Origin: Nitrospinota bacterium
GTDB taxonomy: Bacteria > Nitrospinota > Nitrospinia > Nitrospinales > JACRGP01
NCBI GenBank assembly: GCA_016207065.1
Contig: JACQQK010000149.1
Span: 1 to 63,114 of the forward strand
Direction: 5' to 3'
Length of the DNA stretch: 63,114 bases
Shown here: positions 25,311-33,717 of the stretch, one piece after another
How the letters are laid out: each line of letters begins with the position of its first letter
Position numbering within the stretch: position 1 is the stretch's first letter
Program-made: the position numbers and the translations under genes
The notes under the pieces: generated by a model
Told to the model about the DNA's origin: nothing
The model's input: only the letters and a program-made list of their open reading frames with translations
Databases searched by the model: none

Positions 25311-25540
25311 GCTCCCCCTTGGCTGGGGGGGGGGACTTGCCTTGCTCGCCGAGGGGCAACGTAACAATGGCGCCTCGCATTAGCCGACCGCCTCGGCGCC
25401 AGCCGGAGGCGGCGTTGAGTCCAGCGTCCACGCTGGCCGGGCAACCGCCCGGAGGCAAGGGCTCGGCCCGGATTGCCCTCGATGACGCCTTGAGCGCATA
25501 GAAAGCTTTGCACGCTGGATCCAGCGTCCACGCTGGTCAG
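25311..25540. repeat. Composite repeat cluster (family A end module, inverted family A core fragment, two family B hairpin modules)
   Basis: gctcccccttggctgggggggggg (A-like); ggcccggattgccctcgatgacg, which is similar (2 mismatches) to the inverted A-core motif cgtcgagggcaatccgggc; and ccagcgtccacgctgg twice (25422-25437 and 25521-25536). Confidence 0.6.
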
Positions 25541-26703
25541 TACTTGGGGACCGAGGGGTCGATCCGCTCCGACCATTCGAGGATCCCGCCCTTCATGCTC
25601 TTGACGTTGCCGAACCCCATCTCCTTCAGCGCCAGCGCCGCCTTCATGCTACGGACCCCGGCCTTGCAATGCAGGACAATCTCGTCGGACGGTTTCAAGC
25701 CGTCGAGTTTCTCCAACGACTTTTCCTGGATGACCCCCAGGGGGATCAGCGTCGAGCCGTTTATCTTGCAAATCTGATATTCGAACGGTTCCCGCACGTC
25801 GATCAGCTTGAACTTCCTCTGGGAGTCCAGCATCTTCTTCACTTCCCCGGCGTCGATCTCCAAGGACGCGTCTACCGGCTCTTCCTTGGCCTGCGGGACG
25901 CCGCAGAACTGCTCGTAATCGATCAGCTTCTTGATGGAAGGCGATTCGCCGCAGATCGGGCAGTCCTTGTCCTTGCGCAGTCTCATCTCCCGGAATTTCA
26001 TGGTCAGGGCGTCGAACAACATGAGCCGCCCCACGAGGGTCTCGCCCTTCCCCAGGACCAGCTTGATGACCTCGTTCGCCTGGATCAACCCGACGATGCC
26101 CGGCAGGATGCCCAACACCCCGCCCTCGGCGCAACTCGGCACGAGGCCGGGCGGCGGCGGCTCCGGGAACAGGCACCGGTAGCAAGGCCCCTTCTTGGCG
26201 TCAAACACCGAGGCCTGCCCCTCGAACTTCAGGATGCTCCCGTATACGTACGGCTTGCCCAGCAGGACGCAGGCGTCGTTCGCCAGGTAACGCGTCGGGA
26301 AATTGTCCGTGCCGTCCACGACGATGTCGTAGTCCCGCAAAATGTCCAGCGCGTTTTCCGAGGTGAGCCGGGCGTTGTACGTGACGACCTCGACGGTGGA
26401 GTTCATGTCGGCGATCCGGTTTTTGGCCGAATCCACCTTCAATTGCCCCACGGTCGATTCGCCGTGCACGATCTGGCGCTGGAGGTTGCTGAAATCCACC
26501 ACGTCGAAATCGACCAACCCCAGCCTGCCCACGCCCGCCGCGGCCAGATACAACGACACGGGAGAGCCCAGTCCCCCGGTGCCGATGCACAGGACCTTCG
26601 CCGAACAAATTTTCTCCTGTCCCTCCACCCCCACTTCCGGCAACAGCAGATGACGGCTGTACCGGCTGATTTGATCTCGCGTCAAACTCATGATCCATCC
26701 CAC
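25537..26703 (-). CDS. moeB: Molybdopterin-synthase/ThiS adenylyltransferase with C-terminal rhodanese domain (MoeB/MoeZ type)
   Basis: RYSRHLLLPEVG..GQ.K...AKVL.IGTGGLGSP, Zn motifs CYRC and CPIC, and rhodanese active site HCKAGVRS. Confidence 0.9.
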   Translation of the reverse strand: MGWIMSLTRDQISRYSRHLLLPEVGVEGQEKICSAKVLCIGTGGLGSPVSLYLAAAGVGRLGLVDFDVVDFSNLQRQIVHGESTVGQLKVDSAKNRIADMNSTVEVVTYNARLTSENALDILRDYDIVVDGTDNFPTRYLANDACVLLGKPYVYGSILKFEGQASVFDAKKGPCYRCLFPEPPPPGLVPSCAEGGVLGILPGIVGLIQANEVIKLVLGKGETLVGRLMLFDALTMKFREMRLRKDKDCPICGESPSIKKLIDYEQFCGVPQAKEEPVDASLEIDAGEVKKMLDSQRKFKLIDVREPFEYQICKINGSTLIPLGVIQEKSLEKLDGLKPSDEIVLHCKAGVRSMKAALALKEMGFGNVKSMKGGILEWSERIDPSVPKY

Positions 26704-26786
26704 CGTATGTAGTTAAATTGATATAGCTTATGATGATATTCTAGCAAATAGGGTTCAAGCCGCCAATCGGAAATGGCGGCGGAAGC

Positions 26787-26820
26787 GCTCCCCCTTGCAA
26801 AGGGGGCCGGGGGGATTCGC
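26787..26820. repeat. Family-A solo terminal module
   Basis: gctcccccttgcaaagggggccggggggattcgc. Confidence 0.5.
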
Positions 26821-26823
26821 GTT

Positions 26824-28020
26824 TCATCGGTCGTGAAGCGTCCTTGCCTCTCGGAACGCCGCCTCCAGGCCGGGGACGGCCCCCTCGACGACCTTGTCCG
26901 GGAAACAGTACGACAGGCGGAAATAACCGGGCTTGCCAAACCCCCGCCCCGGCACCGCCAGGACCTTTTTGGACGCGAGGATGCGGGTGAACTCCACCTC
27001 GTCCGCCAGGGGCGACTTCGGGAAGAAGTAGAACGCCCCCTGGGGCTTCACCGTCTCGTAACCGATCCGCGTCAACTCCCGGTAGAGGAAATCCCGTTTC
27101 CGTCGATAGTCTTCCACGTCCACGGCGATGTTTTGCACGTCCCTGATCGCCCGCTGGATGAGGGCCGGGGCGTTCACGAAACCCAGGACCCGGTTGCAGA
27201 AGACCATGCCCGCCATCAGGTTCCTGGCGTCCTCGCACCGGGGATGCACCGCCACGAAACCGATCCGTTCGCCGGGCAACGCCAGGTCCTTGGAATGGGA
27301 CGTGACGTAAATGCCGTGGTCGTAAAACTCGCAGACGTTCGGCGTCTCCGTCCCGTCGAAGGCAATTTTCTTGTACGGATCGTCCGAGATCAGGTAAATG
27401 GCCCGGCCCCGCTCCGCCGATTTTTCCTTCAGCAACGCCGCCAGTTCCTCCAGCGACCGCCGGGAATACACCGCGCCCGTGGGATTGTTCGGGGAGTTGA
27501 CGATCACCGCCTTCGTCTTGTCCGTGATGGCGGCGCGGAGGGCGTCCAGGTCGAGGGTGAAATCCTCATGGGTGGGGACCGCGACGGCTTGCCCGCCGTG
27601 GTTGTCGGCGTAAAAGAAGTATTCGACGAAATAAGGCGCGAAAACGATCACCTCGTCGCCAGGATCCAGGATGGCCTTGAGCGCCACGTTCAACCCCGCC
27701 GCCGCCCCGCAGACCATGATCACGTCGTTGGCCCCCAGTTTTACCTTGCACTCGGGGGACAGGGCCGACGCGATGGCCTCGCGGACGTCGGGGAACCCCG
27801 CGTTCTGCATGTACCGGTGCCTGCCGGGGGCGGGATCGCAGGCGGCCGAGATCAAGGCGTCCTTGACCGCCTTGGGCGGCTCCATCACCGGGTTGCCCAG
27901 GGAAAGATCGAAAACGTTGTCCTCCCCGAACTCCTTCTTGAGCCGGATCCCCTCCTCGAACATCCTCCTGATCCAGGAGGCGTTCTCCATGAACTCGCCG
28001 ATCTTTCGCGAAACCGCCAT
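26824..28020 (-). CDS. Pyridoxal-phosphate-dependent aminotransferase, class I/II (aspartate/alanine-type)
   Basis: LSLGNP....P........Y....G, VNSPNNPTG, the PLP-lysine region SHSKDLALPGERIG and GYFRLSY. Confidence 0.9.
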   Translation of the reverse strand: MAVSRKIGEFMENASWIRRMFEEGIRLKKEFGEDNVFDLSLGNPVMEPPKAVKDALISAACDPAPGRHRYMQNAGFPDVREAIASALSPECKVKLGANDVIMVCGAAAGLNVALKAILDPGDEVIVFAPYFVEYFFYADNHGGQAVAVPTHEDFTLDLDALRAAITDKTKAVIVNSPNNPTGAVYSRRSLEELAALLKEKSAERGRAIYLISDDPYKKIAFDGTETPNVCEFYDHGIYVTSHSKDLALPGERIGFVAVHPRCEDARNLMAGMVFCNRVLGFVNAPALIQRAIRDVQNIAVDVEDYRRKRDFLYRELTRIGYETVKPQGAFYFFPKSPLADEVEFTRILASKKVLAVPGRGFGKPGYFRLSYCFPDKVVEGAVPGLEAAFREARTLHDR

Positions 28021-28278
28021 TGTCCGCTCCCGCGTGAAATCATGAGAAAAACAGGAATATCACAAAGCCCCCCGGCAGGCAAAAAATTTTACGGACAGGG
28101 GCGATTGATCAGGATGGAGAAAAAATCCGCCCTTTCCGGCGGGAGCGCTCTTGCGGGGCAACAGACGAGGACGAAGGGGAATTATAAAACTTTGTCTTTT
28201 TTCCCAAAAGATGAAATCATGGGAGGGAGTAGTTGGGGAAAACGTTTGCGGAATGCGACCCGCCGCTTGACCGGTGTG

Positions 28279-28506
28279 TCAAGCGGCCACATAGTCCCGG
28301 ATATCCACCCGTACGCCCGCCTTTACCGCGGATTCGGCCGTTTCGAGCAGACGCGCGGTAATTTCTTCGCTCACATATTCCTCGCCGCAGTTTCCGCACA
28401 CCATGGCCGGCACGTTCTTAATCACAAACGTCGTTTCGTTGCGATCGAGAGTGATCGTGACCTTTCCGGGAATCGTCTCCCCATGCCTGCAGATCGCGCA
28501 TTTCAT
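28279..28506 (-). CDS. YgiT/MqsA-type zinc-finger antitoxin (75 aa)
   Basis: MKCAICRHGETIPGKVTITLDRNETTFVIKNVPAMVCGNCGEEYV (CxxC...CxxC). The ATG overlaps the upstream toxin stop (ATGA). Confidence 0.75.
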   Translation of the reverse strand: MKCAICRHGETIPGKVTITLDRNETTFVIKNVPAMVCGNCGEEYVSEEITARLLETAESAVKAGVRVDIRDYVAA

Positions 28507-28791
28507 GGTTTTCTCCTTTTCTTGAAACCCGGCTCCCACTCGCGCGGGTCAGGTTCGTATACCGTGATGACAATGGTTTCCTTCGTTTCCACGTTGTCCG
28601 CGACCACCGTATGCAATGGCCGCGGTCCGTGCCCCCCCCAAAACCAGACGGCTTGGATAAGGCTTGTCATCCGGATAGTTCTCAATAATCTCGCCTGTCC
28701 TTAAAATGGTCGAAACGTCCTCGAACCCTATTTTTCTTTGAAACATGCGCTGGATGGCATGGACTCTAAACACCAGGCGATTTAAAACCAT
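28503..28791 (-). pseudogene. DUF4258-family toxin gene interrupted by a +1 frameshift in a G8 (plus-strand C8) homopolymer
   Basis: ORF 28549..28791 gives MVLNRLVFRVHAIQRMFQRKIGFEDVSTILRTGEIIENYPDDKPYPSRLVLGG. ORF 28503..28685 gives ..HGPRPLHTVVADNVETKETIVITVYEPDPREW. Removing one C from 28632-28639 fuses them into one 95-aa protein. Confidence 0.7.
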
Positions 28792-29142
28792 TCAACCCCC
28801 GGGGAAATCCCGATCGTCATTTCAACTCATCATCGCTTCCGCATTCTACTCTTTTCCTGGCGGAATTTCCATCTCCCCCGGCGGGAACGCCCCTGCCGAT
28901 GGCGAGAGCATTCCGTTCGCCCGGCGGAAATGATATGCTTCTTGAAAGGGAGAGCCTCTTTTGGCAAAACCGCGGATATCGAGACGCCACATACATGGCG
29001 CGAGGCCCATGACCATTTTCAACTAAAAATGGGGCTGACCCTCCAGTCGCTTTCTCCCTGATCCAGATTTTCTTGAGTATCACCGAAGGAACGTATTTCA
29101 GGACGAAGCTGTCCGGTAAACTCGAGGCGCATTCGCATCCCC

Positions 29143-29904
29143 ATGTCCGCAACCGATCCGGTCGTCATCAAACTGCAAGGCGTGTCCAAATATTATCAGG
29201 CGGGGACCGCGCGGGTGCGGGCGCTCGCGGGGGTGGACCTGGAATTGAACCGCGGCGACTTCGCCGCCGTCATGGGCCCCAGCGGCGGTGGAAAAACGAC
29301 GCTCCTCAATTGCATCGGGGCGTTGGAGGTCCCGGACGAGGGGGAGATTTACCTGAACCGCAGACCGGTCTCGAAGATGAACGACCGGGAACTCACCGCC
29401 CTGCGCCGGCGGGAGATCGGTTTCGTCTTCCAGTTCTTCAACCTCCTGCCCACTCTGTCGGTCTGGGAAAACGTGGAACTCCCGCTCCTGCTGAACCATG
29501 GGGACGGTCGCGATCCGGGTCCGGAGGAAAACCAGCCAGCCCCGGACGCTTTCGAGTCCCGCTTCTTCGGCGTCGGCTACCGTCAGCGCATCCACAACCT
29601 GCTGGAATACGTCGGCCTCCTCGACCGGAGCCATTCCTTCCCGGCGGAGCTGTCGGGCGGGGAAATGCAACGTGTCGCCATCGCGCGGGCCCTCGTCCAT
29701 CGCCCCTCGGTGATCCTCGCCGACGAGCCCACCGGCAACCTCGACTCGGAAAACGGGACCAAAATCCTCGACCTGCTGAAGCAGGCGTGCGCGGATTTCC
29801 ACGCCACCGCGGTCATGGTCACGCACAACCCCCAGGCCGCGTCCTACGGCAACCGCCATTTCGAGATCCGCGACGGGAAACTGAAGGGAAATATCCGGCG
29901 CTAA
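29143..29904 (+). CDS. ABC transporter ATP-binding protein (LolD/MacB/FtsE-like) with an internal insertion; no permease adjacent
   Basis: Walker [11 protein letters not shown]-loop FVFQFFNL, signature [15 protein letters not shown], Walker [12 protein letters not shown] and H-loop VTHN. Confidence 0.85.
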   Translation: MSATDPVVIKLQGVSKYYQAGTARVRALAGVDLELNRGDFAAVMGPSGGGKTTLLNCIGALEVPDEGEIYLNRRPVSKMNDRELTALRRREIGFVFQFFNLLPTLSVWENVELPLLLNHGDGRDPGPEENQPAPDAFESRFFGVGYRQRIHNLLEYVGLLDRSHSFPAELSGGEMQRVAIARALVHRPSVILADEPTGNLDSENGTKILDLLKQACADFHATAVMVTHNPQAASYGNRHFEIRDGKLKGNIRR

Positions 29905-29920
29905 AAGACCTTTGCTTTAT

Positions 29921-30005
29921 TCCCCCTTGCAAAGGGGGTAGGGGGATTTGAAATACCCGTTCGCAGTAAGGACGCGAATCCCCCAGGCCCCCTTTACAAG
30001 GGGGA
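29921..30005. mobile_element. MITE-like repeat, family A (minimal form)
   Basis: tcccccttgcaaagggggtagggggatttgaaa ...gaatcccccaggccccctttacaaggggga. Both end modules are present with only about 25 nt between them. Confidence 0.7.
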
Positions 30006-30190
30006 GTAATTCCTTTCTCTTTCTCATGCGATATCCGGGCTAACCCCATCCTCCGGAACAAGCCAGAACCCTCTTTGCCGGTCTTTCCCATTTTTCCCTG
30101 TAATGGTTTTGCTCTTCCCCCGACCCATGGAATATGGTTAACTATATCGACATATATCAATATATAAATATTTCAACGCGGAGATAAAAC

Positions 30191-31057
30191 ATGGTCCGGG
30201 GAGTCGAGCGGCCGCGTGGATTTTTACTGGCGATGTTGGCCCTAGTTTGGTGCGCGATTGGGACGGCGGCGCCCGGCGGCGCCGCTGAAGAGCAAACGAT
30301 CCGGGTGGCGGGCTCCACGACGGTACTGCCCATCGTTTCCAAGGCGGCGGACCGGTTCAAGGTCTCCCATAGAGGCGCGGCCGTTTCCGTGAACGCGGGC
30401 GGCTCCGGCGTGGGCGTCAACGACGTCGGCAACGGGCGGGCGCAAATCGGCATGCTGTCGCGGGAGCTGACCCGCGAGGAACGCGGACAATTCAAAAACG
30501 CCGGACTCAAAACGCACGCGGTGGGGCGCGACGCCGTGGCCTGCGTCGTCTCCTCGGAGGTGTATTCCGCCGGCGTCAAGACCCTGACCAGGGAACAAAT
30601 CCGCGACATCTATCTCGGCAAGATCGGAAACTGGAAGGACGTGGGCGGACCCGACCGGCGGATCGTCGTCATCGACAAGGAGACGCACCGCGGCACCCGT
30701 CACGTGTTCATGCAGTACGTGTTCGGGGACGAACAGGCGCGGGCTCCCGGCGCGCGGCTGGTGACCGGCTCGAATAACGAAGAGCAAACGAAGGTCGCGC
30801 AGAGCGACGCCGCCATCGGCATGTTGTCGGTCGCCTGGATCAACCCGGACGTCGTTGGCGTCGGCATCCGCGAGGGCGGCAAAGTGATCCAACCCACGCT
30901 GGAGAGCGTCCGCGACGGGAGTTTCCCGATCTCCCGCAACCTCAACCTCGTCACGGCGGGCGAGCCGCGCGGTATCGTCAAGGAATTCATCGACTTCATC
31001 CTGGGCCCCGAAGGGCAAAAGATCGTCGAGGAGAGCGGTTATGTCGCCGTCCGCTGA
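30191..31057 (+). CDS. pstS: Phosphate ABC transporter substrate-binding protein
   Basis: Signal peptide, IRVAGSTTVLP, NAGGSGVG, and operon context with pstCAB. Confidence 0.85.
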   Translation: MVRGVERPRGFLLAMLALVWCAIGTAAPGGAAEEQTIRVAGSTTVLPIVSKAADRFKVSHRGAAVSVNAGGSGVGVNDVGNGRAQIGMLSRELTREERGQFKNAGLKTHAVGRDAVACVVSSEVYSAGVKTLTREQIRDIYLGKIGNWKDVGGPDRRIVVIDKETHRGTRHVFMQYVFGDEQARAPGARLVTGSNNEEQTKVAQSDAAIGMLSVAWINPDVVGVGIREGGKVIQPTLESVRDGSFPISRNLNLVTAGEPRGIVKEFIDFILGPEGQKIVEESGYVAVR

Positions 31058-31952
31058 TCCGCAAGCAAACGGCCCCGAACGGAACGGGAGATACTTCCCG
31101 GGCCGCGGTCCGGCTTACTGGGTCTGCGCCGGTTTCGCGTGCGTTGCGCTTGGCGCGGCGGGAATCCTGCTGGGCTACCTGGTCGCGGAGAGCCTGCCCG
31201 CGCTCCGGAGCCAGGGCTGGCCGTTTCTCCTCGGCAAGGACTGGTTCGTCGGCGAGAACTATGGAGCTCTGCCCATGATTTACGGTTCGGTCATGGCGAC
31301 CGCGCTGGCCCTGGCGCTGGCCCTGCCCTTCGCGCTCGGCGGCGCCGTCTTCGTCGCGGAGTTCCTCCCCGCGCGCGCCCGGCTGATCGTGAAATCGATC
31401 ATGGAGCTTCTGGCCGGGGTGCCGGGGATCGTCTACGGGCTCCTGGGGATGTCCTTTCTCGCGCCCTGGATCAAGGACGCGTTCGGCCTCATCGACGGCA
31501 ATTCCCTGCTCGCCGCCGGAGCGTTGCTGGGGATCATGGTCCTGCCGACCGTGATGACCCTGTCCGAGGACGCCTTGCGAAGCGTTCCCGCCGAGTACCG
31601 CGAGAACGCCCTCAGCCTGGGATTGACGCAAACCGAAGTGGTATTCAGCGTCGCCGTCCCGCAGGCGCTTCCGGGGATCGCCGGAGCGGTCTTCCTGGGA
31701 GTGGGCAGAGCCATGGGGGAAACCATCGCCGTCCTGCTGGTGATCGGCGGCATCGACCGGATCCCCTCGCCCTGGTACGACGTCTTCTCGCCAGGGCAGA
31801 GCATCCCCTCGAAACTCGGGCGCGAAGCCGCGGAATCCCTCGGCTACGGCCTGCATTGGAACGCCCTCATGGGACTGGGCCTGGTCCTTCTGCTGATGAC
31901 CATGGCCGTCGCGTTCGCGGGCAATCTGTTTTTGCGGAGGGCCCGCCCATGA
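31041..31952 (+). CDS. pstC: Phosphate ABC transporter permease PstC
   Basis: Six TM helices and the EAA-type loop EYRENALSLGLTQTEVVFSVAVPQALPGI..G.GRAMGETIAV. Confidence 0.85.
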   Translation: MSPSADPQANGPERNGRYFPGRGPAYWVCAGFACVALGAAGILLGYLVAESLPALRSQGWPFLLGKDWFVGENYGALPMIYGSVMATALALALALPFALGGAVFVAEFLPARARLIVKSIMELLAGVPGIVYGLLGMSFLAPWIKDAFGLIDGNSLLAAGALLGIMVLPTVMTLSEDALRSVPAEYRENALSLGLTQTEVVFSVAVPQALPGIAGAVFLGVGRAMGETIAVLLVIGGIDRIPSPWYDVFSPGQSIPSKLGREAAESLGYGLHWNALMGLGLVLLLMTMAVAFAGNLFLRRARP

Positions 31953-32797
31953 GACGCCGTCTGGTCGATAGCGCGACGCGGGGCTTGTTGTTCCTGACCA
32001 CGCTGGCGGGTTGCTCCCTGCTGGCGCTCATCCTGACCGCCGTCGTCGGGCGCGGGTTCCCGTCCATGTCCATCGAGTTCCTGACGCGGGAGGCGCGCGA
32101 TTTCGGCCTGGACGGCGGGATCTTCCACCAGATTGCGGGGACCCTGATCCTGACGGCCTCGGCAGGCATCGTCAGCTTTCCCATCGCGCTGGGCTCGGCC
32201 CTGTTTCAGACCGAGTTCCTCAAATCGGCTGGGTTGAAACAAGCCCTCCGCATCGCGACTTATACCTTGAACGGCGTACCGACCATCTTGTTCGGCCTGA
32301 CCGGTTACATGTTTTTTGGAGCGCTTCTGGGCATGGGAGTTTCATGGGTCACGGGCGCGTTGATCCTGGCGGTCATGATCCTGCCGACCGTCCAAATCTC
32401 CGTCCTGGAAGCCATCGAGTCCATCCCCGCGCATTACCGCGAAAGCGGGATGGCGCTGGGCCTGACCCCCTGGGCGCAAATCCGGTCCATCGTCCTTCCC
32501 CAGAGTTTTTACGGCATCGTCACGGGGGTCCTTCTGGGACTGGCCCGCGCCGCCGGAGAGACCGCCGCCATCATGTTCACCGCCACGGCGTTTTCCGGGG
32601 CCGGCATCCCCCGGTCCCTGGCCAGGCCCGTGTCCACTTTGCAAACCCACATCCTGGTCCTCGCCCAGGAGGCCGTCAACCCCAAGGCCGTCGCCAACGC
32701 CTGGGGCGCGGGGCTCGCGCTGACGGCGCTCGTCTTCGCGCTCATGCTGTCCGCTCTCTGGGCCCGGTCCCGGTTGCGGTTGGAGTCGCACCGATGA
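31949..32797 (+). CDS. pstA: Phosphate ABC transporter permease PstA
   Basis: The internal ATG 31949 of track ORF 31139..32797 overlaps the pstC stop (ATGA). Motif HYRESGMALGLTPWAQIRSIVLPQS..G..LGLARAAGETAA. Confidence 0.85.
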   Translation: MRRRLVDSATRGLLFLTTLAGCSLLALILTAVVGRGFPSMSIEFLTREARDFGLDGGIFHQIAGTLILTASAGIVSFPIALGSALFQTEFLKSAGLKQALRIATYTLNGVPTILFGLTGYMFFGALLGMGVSWVTGALILAVMILPTVQISVLEAIESIPAHYRESGMALGLTPWAQIRSIVLPQSFYGIVTGVLLGLARAAGETAAIMFTATAFSGAGIPRSLARPVSTLQTHILVLAQEAVNPKAVANAWGAGLALTALVFALMLSALWARSRLRLESHR

Positions 32798-33549
32798 ACG
32801 ACACACCCCCCCCCATCGAGATCCGCGACGCATGCGTCAGCTTCCGCGGAAAAACCGTCCTCGATGAAATCGACTGCGAGTTCCGCCCGCGTTCCGCGAC
32901 CGCCGTCATCGGCTCCTCCGGGTCCGGGAAAACCACGCTACTGCGGACCATTGCCCGGATGAACGACGGGATGGACGGATTCCGGTTCCGCGGGAAATTG
33001 TTCGTGCAGGGGAGCGAGATCTACGGCAACGGCACGGACGTATGCCGTCTGCGCGGAAAAGTGGGCATGGTTTTCCAGAAACCCTGCGTCTTTCCCAAAA
33101 GCGTTCTCGAAAACGCCGTGTTCGGGTTGAAACACCATCAGCCCGAACGGAAGAAGGAATTTCCCGAACTGGCCGAACGGTTCCTGCGCGAGGCGTTTTT
33201 ATGGGACGAGGTCAAGGACCGCCTCCACCAACCCGCCGCGGTCCTGTCCCAGGGGCAACAGCAACGGCTGGCCATCGCCCGCGCCCTCGCCGTCGGGCCC
33301 GAAATCTTCCTGATGGACGAACCCACGGCATCGCTGGATCCCAAGTCCACGCAGGCGATCGAGGAACTGGTCCGCTCTCTGAAACAAAAACATTGCGTCG
33401 TGCTGGCGACTCACAATCTGGGACAGGCCCGGCGCCTGTGCGAGGAAGTCCTGTTCGTTTGCGAAGGCAGGATCCGCGAATCCGGCCCGGCCAGCCGAGT
33501 GTTCGACAACCCGCTCGACGAAGAGACCCGGGCCTATCTGAGCCAGTAA
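32794..33549 (+). CDS. pstB: Phosphate ABC transporter ATP-binding protein PstB
   Basis: The internal ATG 32794 of track ORF 32011..33549 has an ATGA overlap with pstA. Motifs GSSGSGKTT, VGMVFQKP, LSQGQQQRLAIARAL and FLMDEPTASLD. Confidence 0.9.
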   Translation: MNDTPPPIEIRDACVSFRGKTVLDEIDCEFRPRSATAVIGSSGSGKTTLLRTIARMNDGMDGFRFRGKLFVQGSEIYGNGTDVCRLRGKVGMVFQKPCVFPKSVLENAVFGLKHHQPERKKEFPELAERFLREAFLWDEVKDRLHQPAAVLSQGQQQRLAIARALAVGPEIFLMDEPTASLDPKSTQAIEELVRSLKQKHCVVLATHNLGQARRLCEEVLFVCEGRIRESGPASRVFDNPLDEETRAYLSQ

Positions 33550-33717
33550 AATGAAGATAAAGTTTAGTCCGTCATTGCGACCGCGAGCTTGCGAAGCGGG
33601 AAGCAATCCAGAAAGACTGGATCGCCGCGCCGCCTCCCGCGGCTCGCGACGACCAAGCTGACCGTCGCTACAGCGACCGGGATATTCCCAGTCCATTGCC
33701 GCTCAAGCAATGTCCGA

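Noticed and set aside
25669-28704. ORFs 25669..26712(+) and 26773..28704(+), the latter a 643-aa ORF spanning the aminotransferase, an intergenic region and the toxin-antitoxin genes on the opposite strand.
   Set aside because: They are antisense to well-supported genes (MoeB, aminotransferase, YgiT antitoxin). The composition is typical of GC-rich antisense frames.
28817-29152. ORF 28817..29152(-) 111 aa in the gap between the toxin-antitoxin module and the ABC ATPase.
   Set aside because: It has no RBS and no family resemblance, and it overlaps the ABC gene start. It is likely non-coding promoter DNA.
30020-30190. Pho box upstream of pstS.
   Set aside because: Only a single weak CTGTAAT half-site (about 30109) is present. 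There are no tandem 11-bp direct repeats, so this is not reportable as a site.
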